Source of the DNA: Octopus sinensis
Taxonomy: Eukaryota
Reading direction: 5' to 3'
Assembly (NCBI RefSeq): GCF_006345805.1
Contig: NC_042999.1
Location: forward strand, 81,654,001-81,718,000
Length of the DNA: 64,000 nucleotides
The position numbers and the translations under genes are program-made. A model generated the notes under the pieces. It was not told where the DNA came from. It ran no database searches and was given only the letters and a program-made list of their open reading frames with translations. Positions 24,816 through 36,415 of this stretch are shown piece by piece (the stretch's first letter is position 1; each line of letters starts with the position of its first letter).

Positions 24816-27069
24816 GCACATGCGCAGTTAGTCAGTTGCTTCCTGTTCAGCCAGAGTGGACGCGAGTCAACCAGCTCCGTTCAATTAAAGAAAAAAGACC
24901 AAAAACGGAAAGTTGTCGAGGTAAGTGATTTTGTTTATTGTGAGTTGGGCATAATTTATTGCGTGCCAATTATTATTTCAGTAAGTTGTGTCCAACTCTG
25001 AGACAATTTCGCCTGCTCTCGGCGGCTGCCGTTTTTGTGTTCATTGAAAAAAAAAGAAAAAACAGTGGAGGGGCGTATCCTCGGAATTCAATACAGTTAC
25101 TGTTAAAATTACCGTTGGCGGTAGCCAGTGCTATGTTTGGGTTTGTTAAAGTTATTCCCTTGTCAGAGTACTTCGCAAGAAAATTATAAAAATAAGCCAC
25201 TATTGGATTACCTTTCGGACCCATTTTTGTGGAGGTTGTGTTCCAGTTCGGCGTTCCAGGTTCAACCCAGGCCGGGAGTACCGCAAGGCCAGAATATTTT
25301 TGCTATGTTTTTTCTGTTTATTAACATTCTTTTGAACTTCATTTAACCCCCCCTTTTGTTTTTTTTCTTTATTGCGACTTTCCGTTGATTTCTTCCCTTC
25401 TGTTGTGCTTTCTCCTATTTGTTTTTTCAAAAATCTATCAAATTTTATTTGGACTTTTGAACTTTTTTCTTCTTGCTTTTTGAGTTTAATTTGAATATAT
25501 TTAAAAAAAACATGGCAATGAAAAATAACAAAATTTTGGAGTGGGAAATCATACCACCTAAAAAGTGGTTAAAAGACCCTGAAGATAGGACGGTGGTGTT
25601 GAGAACTTACTCCAAGGCACTCGACACCATCGCCCTATTCGAAAAGACGGCAATTGAAAAGGAGTTGGAAGAGTATTTGCCAACAATTAAATTCATTTCC
25701 AGGGGTGTCAAATATGCAACGGTGTGGTTGCTATTTGACACCCCTGAAAAGGCTTGCAAATTTGCTAGCAAACCCCTGGAGGGTAAGGAAATCTTATTCC
25801 TGCCCACGTACAAAAAAAAGAAATTGATGAAAGCTTGGATCTGCGGGCTGCCACCCGACATAGAACCCGAGTGGATAGAGGAGACTATCCGCCGGGGTCT
25901 GGGTGGCAGCGAAACTAAGCTCCTTAATGTAAAAGTTCTTCCTGCGGCTGCTTGGGTTGGGTCAAAAGCAATTTTGACCCTGTAGACCCAATCAGCCAAT
26001 CTGGTTCTTCCACATTTTTTGAAAATGGCCGGGTGCAGGTACCCGGTGATGCTTGAGGGTCGCCCCCCTAAGTGTCATCGGTGCTTGGAGTCCGGCCACA
26101 TAAAGAAGAACTGTCCCCGGGAACAAAATAGGATCCCGGAACAGTTAAGTAAAACCCCTCTAGAAGAGAGAATGATAACGGCCGAGAAAGCAGAGGACTC
26201 CTCAAGGAGAGGCCGAAAGAGGAAGGTGAGCAACAATGGGTGCTCACCAAAGGATAATAGGGATGAGGAGAGGAAGGCGAATCTTCCGGCCACGGAGGAG
26301 ACGCACCCTCCCTCAGTTGAAAAGGGAAAAAAAAGAAAAAGAGGAAGAACAACGGGACATTGCTGGCTGTCAGTGACATAGCATCGGAATGTCCCGGAAC
26401 TACGTCGGTTGGGGTTGTGCCACCGACAAGAGAAGGAATACCGTTGGCGGGAACTGTGCCGCCAACGAAAGAACTGAACGTATTGGTCCTCTTCTATAGA
26501 GGAGGCGAAATTGAAAAGGTGATGGAAGAGCACCACAAGGGAGCACCTTTAGCTTTCACGCAAGACCCCGAATGGCCTCCGCAGGTAGCTGTGGAGGCCG
26601 TGGCGTTCGACGTGACGCTTGGGCTAAAGGAGCTCAATGAAGATTATAACTTGGTCCCGGGCGACGCAAACTCGGAACTTGATTACGTTCTGAGAGAGGC
26701 GTGGTTGATGGTGGATGGCGAGGGCACAAGCTATTTCGAGGACGATATGTAATTATTGAACTGTTATTATTAGTAATGGACTGCTAAGTCCAAAAATTGA
26801 AAAATTGTAAGAGGTTTAATACCTCGTTTTGTAATAATGGACTGCTAAGTCCAAAAATTGGAATAATTGTAAGAGGTTTAATACCTCGTTTTGTGTTTAT
26901 CTTTAAAAAGAACAATGTTTTAGAGAAGCGAAAGTCGGCGGGCGCTTTTTGTCTTCTCCCATCCTTATCATCTTTCTTTCATTATCATTCACTTCATTAA
27001 TGTCCTCGTCCAGCCCGCAAAGCTAACTTAATCTGTGTACTGCCTTTATGGCAAATGTTTTGAAATAAA
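24816..27069 (+). mobile_element. ORF1-only (half-LINE-like) retro-insertion E2 with TSD GTAGCTTGCTAAC (24803-24815 / 27070-27082)
   Basis: Perfect TSD of 13 bp (15 bp with AA). Starts GCACATGCGC and ends TTGAAATAAA. One long ORF and a short 3' UTR with a roughly 60-bp tandem duplication (26773-26892). Confidence 0.9.
25512..26752 (+). pseudogene. LINE ORF1-like protein (about 410 codons) with CHRCLESGHIKKNC zinc knuckle (E2)
   Basis: ATG at 25512. One in-frame TAG (25983-25985) joins ORFs 25473 and 26019. A probable frameshift in the A-run near 26327-26340 links to ORF 26360..26752. Confidence 0.8.
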
Positions 27070-27652
27070 GTAGCTTGCTAACCAACCACATGGTTCCGGA
27101 TTCAGTCCCACTGCGTGGCACCTTGGGCAAGTGTCTTCTGCTATAGCCCCGGGCCGACCAATGCCTTGTGAGTGGATTTGGTAGACGGAAACTGAAAGAA
27201 GCCTTCGTATATATATTTATATATGTATATGCGTATGTGTGTGTGTTTGTCCCCCTAGCATTGCTTTACAACCGATGCTGGTGTGTTTAAGTCCTCGTCA
27301 ATTAGCGGTTCGGCAAAAGAGACCGATAGAATAAATACTGGGCTTACAAAGAATAAGTCCCGGGGTCGATTTGCTCGACTAAAGGCGGTGCTCCAGCACG
27401 GCCGCAGTAAAATGACTGAAACAAGTAAAAATATATGCTTGGCCGCTAAATCCACGATTTGTTTTTATTCTCTCTCTGTTTATTTTTTCTTATTTCTTTT
27501 GTTGTAGGGCTTAGGTTCGAAGCGTAAAATTCTTTTTTACTTTCCTGATCGTCAAACTAATGCGCTTGCTTTTTGTTCGTGCGCCTGTCTTCATCTTTTT
27601 TTTTCTTTAAATTTCAGCTATATATATATATATTATATATATATATATATAG

Positions 27653-27691
<39 letters not shown>

Positions 27692-28203
27692 ATATATTCT
27701 CCCTTCTCGTCTTTCTTCTTCTTCCCCTTCTTCTTCATCATCATCATTATCATCATCATCATCGTCATCATCATCACCATCATCATCTTCATCAACATCG
27801 TCATCTTCTTCTTCTTCTTCTTCTTCTTCTTCTTCTACTTCTTCTTCTGCCTCTTCTTCTTCTGCTCCACCTTCTACCTCTTAACTTTATCACTAATGCT
27901 TTTTAGTATAACACCTACGCAAATTCCATAAACAAACCTTTCAATAGAAATATTCTCCTGAATTGAACTGCAACTGTTAGCCAAAATACGACAATCAAGG
28001 CACTCCCAAATTTTTCCAACCCCTCTCCTCATCAACCTTCTTCTTCTTCTCCTACCCTACCAAAAATTAACAACGACCTCGAACACACAAGTGCAAACAA
28101 GGGAGACAGAGAAAGGCAGAATGCCACTTATATTTGAACAGTATACAAATATTCCTTTAAAAAAACTTTTCTTTTAATTTTTCTAAACTTAATTATTTAA
28201 TCG

Positions 28204-28247
28204 TTACAGTTGAAAAGGTCTCAAAATGACCGAAACCGGTACTGAAA
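28204..28247 (+). ncRNA. Degenerate minimal hammerhead motif, probably in a PLE 3' remnant
   Basis: TTACAG TTGAAAA GGTC tcaaaat GACC GAAAC CG GTA CTGAAA. The stems pair, but the core CUGANGA has two substitutions. Confidence 0.5.
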
Positions 28248-28302
28248 TGTTCTTTATAAAATTATTTTAGCATTTTCTATCTTGACTTGTTTTTTCATAT
28301 AT

Positions 28303-28336
<34 letters not shown>

Positions 28337-28377
28337 CACATGTATGTAAGTATATACATATATACATATATACACAC

Positions 28378-29265
28378 ATATCTTGCGGTGAATAAATTGT
28401 CGTCTAAATTACACAAAAGGGAAAATAACACTGACATCTCATTTTAACAGATATATTTACTAGCATTACATAATTATTTTGAAATATGAAGGATTAAATT
28501 TATTCAGTAAAATCGTCATTGGTTTCAATCCCGACCTCCAGATGACTTCGGAATTTCCTGCAACTATTCTGCACGGTCTCTTTGTCTAAGTTGGTGAATG
28601 ATGTCATAATCCTTGCTTTCAGTTCATCTTTGGTGTTACAAGGCGTTTTGTTGGTCTATTGCTCAACTGCACCCCACACATAATAATCAAGGGTGTTGCA
28701 GTTTGTGGAGTTAGAGGGACAGATGTTCGGAATCAGGTGGTTGCAGAAACTGTCTTACAGCCATGGCTGGGTTCTCTTGATTGTGTGGCATGGTGCACAA
28801 TCCTGTTGCGAGACATAGGGTCTTCCAGCGGCCACCCTCTTGACCCAGACATCACTACCTCCTCCAAGCACTTGATTTAGGCCTCCGTGTTGAGTGTGAG
28901 GTTATGCGAGAAGATGAATGGAAGCATAGTGTCGCCATCACTAGTGATTACTCCAAACAACATGATGTTGACTGGACGTTTGATTTTTAATTCTCGGTAC
29001 ATGTCCTCAGATTGCACCGTCCTCAGATTGACATCCAAACACTCTGAATTGTTTACACTGGCGATTCTGGTGTGAATGCTAAGCAGCACAGCATGTCATT
29101 TTCAAATTTCTGGGAGAGTGAATTGCATTATGGTGTTGATTGACTCACAGACGGTGCCCAAGTAACTCTACAAAACCGTGTAGTCCACAAAATCAAAAAA
29201 CAAGCAATACCCATGCGTTAAATAAAAAATATAAAATGGCGACAATTTTCCGTCGCACACTGCAT
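28378..29265 (-). mobile_element. Internally deleted Tc1/mariner transposon, DD37D (maT-like)
   Basis: Minus strand QQDCAPCHT...NCNTLDYYVWGAVE has 37 residues between the aspartates (one stop). Degenerate TIRs AAATTGTCGTC (about 28384-28404) and GGCGACAATTT (about 29238-29265). Confidence 0.85.
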
Positions 29266-30914
29266 ATACATTATGGCCACATAACGTAAAATTACGTAAA
29301 TAGATACAAATGCGAACACACACACATTGTGTATGTGTATTTGTGTGATATTTGCTATTTTACGTGTATTAAGGAGACCAAAGATTTTCGCGTATTATGT
29401 ATACATGCAAAGATGCCTCTCAATGATATTTCTGATAATTAAAATTTATCTTAATACACTTTCTTTCGTGTTTTCGGCATGATAAATTTTAATCTCCCAT
29501 AGGATTATTTTATGTGTTTCTTATACCCACCGAATTTTTTTGCCTACACAAGGATAGTTCAGCCTGCATATTTCCTTGATATAAAAATACTATAGTCTAT
29601 TTCAATTCAGCCAATTACTTTTTGAATATGTATTTAATCTATATTTCAAAGATATTTACTGAATGTTTAACATGATTTCCAAACCCATTCTACAAACTGA
29701 AATTCCTATCTCAATAACATTAAAATAAAATCAATGGAATACTTTATTTTCTATATACCTATCACTCTGCCTCACCTTACCTTAACTTACTACACAAATT
29801 CTCTTCAGGATTTCCCGTGCTACCACTCACTGAATTCAATTAAGGCTACCTATATCTCCCAGTTATTATAATTCATGGTGAAGTTAAATCCTAGCTATTT
29901 ACTTTCCACCCTAGAATCATCCTTAACTGTTTACTCTATATAACACATCATTAATTGTATTTGCATATCACTTTATTTATTCAAACATTTCTTATTCATA
30001 TCTATCTCTTATATTTACCGACAACGTCGATATTGATACAATTTATTTGAATTACATTTATTTACCATGGAATATTATTTTATATTCTAAATGATTTTTT
30101 TTCATGGTAAAGTTTGAAAGTTGTATTGCAGCTACATTCCCTTAATTCACACATACACACATATATATATATATATATATACCAATCTTTTATTCTTTCA
30201 TTACTCATTTAATGTGTATTCATTACCTTGGAACTTTCTAACATATGCACTGTTTGTCACCGGCATAATTTTCATTAGTAGCTTGCAGAAATGCAATGTT
30301 TTCTTGTGTGCTCGCTTATTTGAAAGGAAATCCTTCTATAAATTATTTCACGTGTAACATTATTTAACCACACACACAAACAGAACAACGCACGCACACA
30401 CATGTGGACACTCTCACATACATGTGTATATAAATATGCTTAGTTTAGGTAGATGATATCACACACACGACTACTGGAGTATTTTTTTGAATTATCAAAT
30501 CAGTAGTGTGAAGATGATATTAGAATGAGCATCACGTCCAGTGATTAGAAATTTACTTCCGGCATTATATTCCCTACATCATCTCCTCTGCTATAATAGT
30601 TATGGAGAATTTGAAATACTTTTTTGCATTGTATAACATATAACCATGCAAAATTGGTGAATATATTATAAAATACGAAGCTATATAAAAGAAACTGTTT
30701 GGAAACGGCCACAGGAAATATATTATAGAATGAAATAGAATAGAATAGCTACAGTGCTTTAAAACATGTATCTCGAAATCGTTTGGTTAGACTACACCAT
30801 TGAAGGTCGTGCTCCCAGCATGTTGCAGTCCAATGACTAAATAGTATAGTAAAATGAAAGATTTTATTATATACGATATAAATATATAAATATACTTACA
30901 AATATATATATACA

Positions 30915-30960
<46 letters not shown>

Positions 30961-31371
30961 GTGTGTGTGTGTGTATGTGTATACAGAGAGAAAGAGAAGG
31001 GGAAAGAGAGACAGACAGAGAAGAGCTTAGGCTCAGAAAGTCAAAGGCCTCTGACTATGATAATACATCGTCTTAGGATCGATGCACTGTTCCGCAATTT
31101 CCGACTAGAGCCAAGTATATCAAACTACTCCAAGTCATTGTTAACTTATCCACAACAGTGGACTCTATACGGACTTGTTTGTATTGGTACTGAGTCGTAT
31201 AAAGTGCAATAATGAAGTCAAGCCAAATAGTAATATTTTGAAATTATTTAATACGTACATTTCAGGTTTGCGTAATATATAATAGGAAATGCTTCTACTG
31301 CAGACGACTTTCCCCAGTTAAAACATTTAAAAATATTTCAGCTGGAGAATTTCTTATATTTGTAAGTATCT

Positions 31372-31546
31372 ATGCATGTATGTATGTATGTATGTATGTA
31401 TGTATGTATGTATGTATGTATGTATGTATGTATCTATACATGTATGTATGTATGTATGTATGCATGTATGCATGTATGTATGTATGCATGTATGTATGTA
31501 TGCATGTATGTATGTATGTATGCATGTATGTATATATGTATGCATG

Positions 31547-31578
<32 letters not shown>

Positions 31579-31716
31579 CATGTATGTATATGTATGTATG
31601 TATGTATGTATGCATGTATGTATGTATGTATGCATGTATGCATGTATGTATGCATGTATGTATGTATGTATGTATGCATGTATGTATGTATGCATGTATG
31701 TATGCATGTATGTATG
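31372..31716. repeat. (TATG)n microsatellite with interspersed TGCA variants
   Basis: Read directly; source of the MYVC/HTYI pseudo-ORFs. Confidence 0.95.
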
Positions 31717-33544
31717 CTTTTTCAAAGGAAGTACTTACTTATTTCTTTCTGCGCCTTTCCGAGTAACTCACCATTTTCGTTATTGCATTTTTCTTTCTTC
31801 ATATATTCGAGTTTTAAAACCTGCTGTGTTTAGTAAAAGGGATTATAAAATTCAAATGAGATAATGGACATGAAAATCGTCTTACAAAACCTAGGCTCCT
31901 TCTACATTGAATGTTATTGTTCTGCAAAAAATTGTGACGAGAAGAGCTTGAAAACATATGTAATATGATAAAGTTGGTTGAGGAAAATCCTAATCCTAAA
32001 ATGCTTTTGAGTGTCCCGATAACTTATAAAGGAAACCAAAAAAAAGAAAGGAAAGGAATAAAAAATAGTCTGAAAACTGCTGATCAAACCACACTCTTAT
32101 GTAAACAGAAAGCATTCTGCCAACAATCATATTTGAACCTACCGACTATTAGCAGGTCAAAACAGGATTATTAGCTCTTTTCGATTATGGAGCTCTCTAT
32201 CTGGCTCAATGAAGCTTGTCACATAACGAACAGCAGTTGACAGAAAAGTTCGTACATTATCTGGAAATTAATCAGCTTCAGAAATGTTGTTGAGAACCAT
32301 AACAAAAACCGGTTGAAAATTTTGCTCCATAACACTAACGACTACATATATTACAATGACTATTGCAATGCATGGAAAGAAATTTGATGATATACGAAAT
32401 AAAGCAATAACGTCTAAACGAAACTGCGCGGTTTCATAATAATTTTCTGTGAAATCAGATCAATGTTTTACGTAGGATATGGCGCCATGTATCCATTGCA
32501 AAATTACTAAAAACAACAGTTGAAAAATGAAGGTAACATGAGAATACGCATTTACACGTTCTAAATACTACGCATTTTAGATTTCAAAATGAAATACGTT
32601 AATACATTTGGAAAGCAACCTGCATAATTGTATTGCCCGTAATTTATAGCCTCCGTTAAAACATGCCAGAGGTTTCTTTTAAAATTTCATTAAGAGGGAC
32701 ATCAACACATACAACACCGCCTTGTGCAGAATTAACCTTGATACTGCCACAAAATACACATGAGGGTCAAAAAGAAATTCGTTTCTTGCTCCCCAATATT
32801 ACAATTTACTCCATACACCGACATACTATTGATATACTGCAAACAAGCTGCTTCACTACAACGGCAACCTATGTACCATCGTCACATTTCAATTAAATTT
32901 CATATTAGAAAGCAAAACACAAAATTCAAATAACGTTCACTTAGATGACATCTACTAAAGATACAATATAACTACGAAGAGAAGAATAACTTCTGCCGTG
33001 CATAGGCATGAATAGTCCGTAGCCCACGAAATATATGTGTACAGGGATAAAAGAAATGTAAAGAAGTCTGCATAAAATAAAGTTCTCAACGAAAGCTTCA
33101 CAATTGTGTTAATATTACATAATCAAAATGTTACTGTATTTGGTTTGCACATAACAAATATAACTTTATGAAAATAGCAAAAGTTACGCTTAGTTGAGAT
33201 CATATTTGCTGCATCACTATGGTGCTAAAAATTTATCTATGAACACGATTTCAAACTAATGCTATATCCAGCTAAATTTCAAGTATTTTCAGTTGGATTT
33301 AAGTTATGAAAAACAAATCATTCACATAATTTCGAAGCGTTTTTCAAAGATGTCCATCATGGCAAACTAAAATTGTAATATAATGACAAAATGAATTTAG
33401 AAAAAAGAAATATTCAAATAAATTGTTATATCTATAACTAAAGCAATTTTATCTTCGTTAAATGTCAAAACGACATTGCTCTGAATGTTTGACGCTAATC
33501 ATAAAGAAACGTAAATATTTTAGTACAATGTCTCTATATATGTA

Positions 33545-33637
<93 letters not shown>

Positions 33638-33650
33638 GTCTATATCTCTC

Positions 33651-33744
<94 letters not shown>

Positions 33745-34619
33745 ATATATAGATATATATGTATATATATGTGTGTATATATGTATATATATATACATAT
33801 AAGTATATGTGAATATACTTGTGCATATGCATATGTATGTGTGTAAGCGCGTGTGTATGTGCGTGTATTATCATATATATACGCGGGTGTGTTTGTGTTT
33901 TTACACACACACAAAACGCACACATACATGTGTGTTTTGTACTTGTACATGCGTGTGCATTTTGCTGGATGTCTATGTATAGATTTGAACGTGTACATGT
34001 ACCTGACTTGGTTCTGAGTATGTATACGAATGTAAATTTAATAAAAATAGTAGAACGTTAAAAAATAGAGCGTGTTAACGCAATGCTTGTGTCACATTGC
34101 ACTCAAAGTTACTGAATTGAAAAGAAACTTTTTCATCTCTCTCATTTAACAACAGAGGTCTATTCAAAATGTATCTTGTTTAAAACCAGCTAGCATAAAT
34201 ATAACATTGGAAAATGGATAACAACGTTACGGTCTAGAAACTCACTAATTATGTTAACCTCTTAAATAATAATGACTTAAAGCTTTAGCTGGCTACATCG
34301 ATTATATTGTGGTCTATATGTACTATATCTAGAGTACAGAACATGATTATTTTCTAGTACATGTAGCAAATGTTTTGGGAAATTATTTAGGTCCTTAAAT
34401 GAAAAATAATGAAAACTTTAACTATTCGGTTTACGTGAAATATAAATTGATATACAATTTTAAACATGTAAAACATCATCTGTTAAGCATGCTCTTGAGT
34501 TATTTCATTCAGCACTAAATTTGGAAAAAACAGCATTTTTTCTTATTTTTTTCTTAATTAGGCGGCAAGTCATGGGGCAACTTTTTTTATATTTTCGATA
34601 TTACAAAGATTATTATTAT

Positions 34620-34915
34620 TTTCATATAACACCCACAAATTAGATTATTGGAAAATAAAAATTCCTAACATCGGCTTACAACACGTAACCTTCGAAGGCA
34701 AGAACCCGCCTAAGTATCCTAGCACTCCCTAAGTGTTTCTGTAGCTGTACTAAACTGGGGTTTATGTCTATTTTCTCTATCCATCTGTTCAGATCTTTAG
34801 GGATAGGTCCCAATGCATCCATAACTACTGGGATACATTTTACTCACACTTTCGATACTCTCTTTAATTCAATGTCTAGGTCCTGGAACTTTGCTATTTT
34901 TTCTCTACCCCTCAC
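34620..34915 (-). mobile_element. 3' end of RLE-type LINE
   Basis: REKIAKFQDLDIELKRV...CIPVVMDALGPIPKDL...LGSARILRRVL on the minus strand. Confidence 0.75.
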
Positions 34916-35690
34916 ATTGATTATTCAACACTTGGGACCCTTTTCGAACCAAAAATAGACAATGACGGTCGGTGATCCGTTTGCAGTGTAAACTTCCTCC
35001 CATGTAAGAATTTATGGAATTTATTTACTGCGAAGATTAATGATAGCGCCTCTTTTTCAATCTGGCTGTAGTTTCTTTCTGCTGGTAATAGAACTCTCGA
35101 TGCATGTGCAATAGCTTTAATTTTACCATCATTGAATTTATGCAATATCACAGCTCCTATACCATATTCGTGAGGGCGCGTGGCTTAGTGGTTAGGGCAT
35201 TCGGCTCATGATCGTAAGGTTGTGAGTTCGATTCCCGGCGACGCGTTGTGTCCTTGAGCAAGACACTTATTTCACGTTGCTCCAGTCCACTCAGCTGGCA
35301 AAAATGAGTTGTACTTGTATTTCAAAGGGTCAGCCTTGTCACTCTCTGTGTCACGCTGATTATCCCCGAGAACTACGTTAAGGGTACACGTGTCTGTGGA
35401 ATGCTCAGCCATTTGCACGTTAATTTCACGAGCAAGCTGTTCCGTTGATCGTATCAGCTGGGACCCTCGTCGTCGTAACCGGCGGAGTCTTTAGAATACC
35501 ATATTCACTGGCATCCATTTTGAGTCCTTCTTTAACAACTTATTCAACGGGGCTCTTAGCTCATACATTTTAGGTATGTACAACTGGTAATAACTTAGCA
35601 AACCTAAAAATGCTTGTAGTGTTGTTTTGTTAGTGGGAGCAGGCATGCTTTCATCACGTTGATCCTAGATGGGTCCGGATTTCGTCCGTT
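34916..35690 (-). mobile_element. Ty3/gypsy pol fragment (RT connection and RNase H) without LTRs, internally deleted, interrupted by a SINE
   Basis: LQAFLGLLSYY...LRAPLNKLLKKDSKW, then [13 protein letters not shown]...[49 protein letters not shown]. Confidence 0.9.
35170..35495 (+). mobile_element. Full-length tRNA-derived SINE family C with 11-bp TSD ATACCATATTC (35159-35169 / 35496-35506)
   Basis: A box TGGCTTAGTGG, B box GTTCGATTCC, central TGTGTCCTTGAGCAAGACACTT motif, perfect TSD. Confidence 0.9.
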
Positions 35691-36415
35691 TTCATCGTCT
35701 TCTTACTTGACTATTCTTAGGTCAAAGAGGCATGCAGCTGCAGCTATACAGCATATATGTTACATCTTGTCGATCACCACTATGTTAGCTTTGTTATGCT
35801 CTAGCATCTGATCTGTGTGGATTGGCAAATCTCAGGTAATGTTGTTATTCTCCAACTCTCTCACTCTCTGCAGTTTGTGCTCATACCACACCTTACCTCT
35901 GTCTAGCCCTCACATTTCGTAGTTTCCAGTGTAGCCCTTTCGCCACCTTATCATGTCACCAGAACTTGTTTGCGGTAAGTCTATGGCATACGTTTGTGAT
36001 ATGGGCAACGTTTTCGTCCACTCAATTATAGATGCGGCACGGCGGAGACACTTGCTCATCCAAAGGGTTGACTCTCCATGTCATGACCAAAGCTTTGTCT
36101 TGCGCTGCCAGTATAGTGCCCTCGGTCTGCTGTTTTAGTCTTCTTTTCTTCAGGTACTCCTACCTATGTTTTCCAGTAACATCTGCTGTGGCTACATGGA
36201 ATTAAATGTGTAGTCTCTTCTTGCGTAATTCTCCGTGTACGTTTTCTACTTCTTTTGTTTTTCATTTTTTTCTCTAATTTCAACACTCCCCCGTTCCTAA
36301 CTGACACCAGCAAAGTTTCCTACGTTTGGGATAGGTATCTCATCAAGCTGTCAATAGGTACGTAGACTTCCACACTTATCATTCTCCTTCTTCCATTTGC
36401 TATCTTCATGTAAAA
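35690..36415 (-). mobile_element. Degenerate RLE-type LINE fragment, upstream part
   Basis: Reverse complement is colinear with 45280-46010 (EGTILAAQD, HDKVAK.LHW, WYEH, LEHN, FDPRIVK motifs). Confidence 0.75.

Larger units (their letters stand above)
24783..27431 (+). mobile_element. tRNA-derived SINE family A, copy 2, split by a 2254-bp insertion
   Basis: Head TAGGAGTAGCTGTGTGGTAAGTAGCTTGCTAAC (to 24815) resumes as CAACCACATGGTTCCGGATTCAGTCCCACTGCGTGGCACC at 27083; full 3' part runs to about 27431. Confidence 0.92.

Noticed and set aside
22684-27069. E1/E2 as LTR-retrotransposon gag remnants or a tandem duplication
   Set aside because: No LTRs, PBS or 4-6 bp TSD; the TSDs are 13-15 bp and host-specific, and the internal DNA is too diverged for a local duplication.
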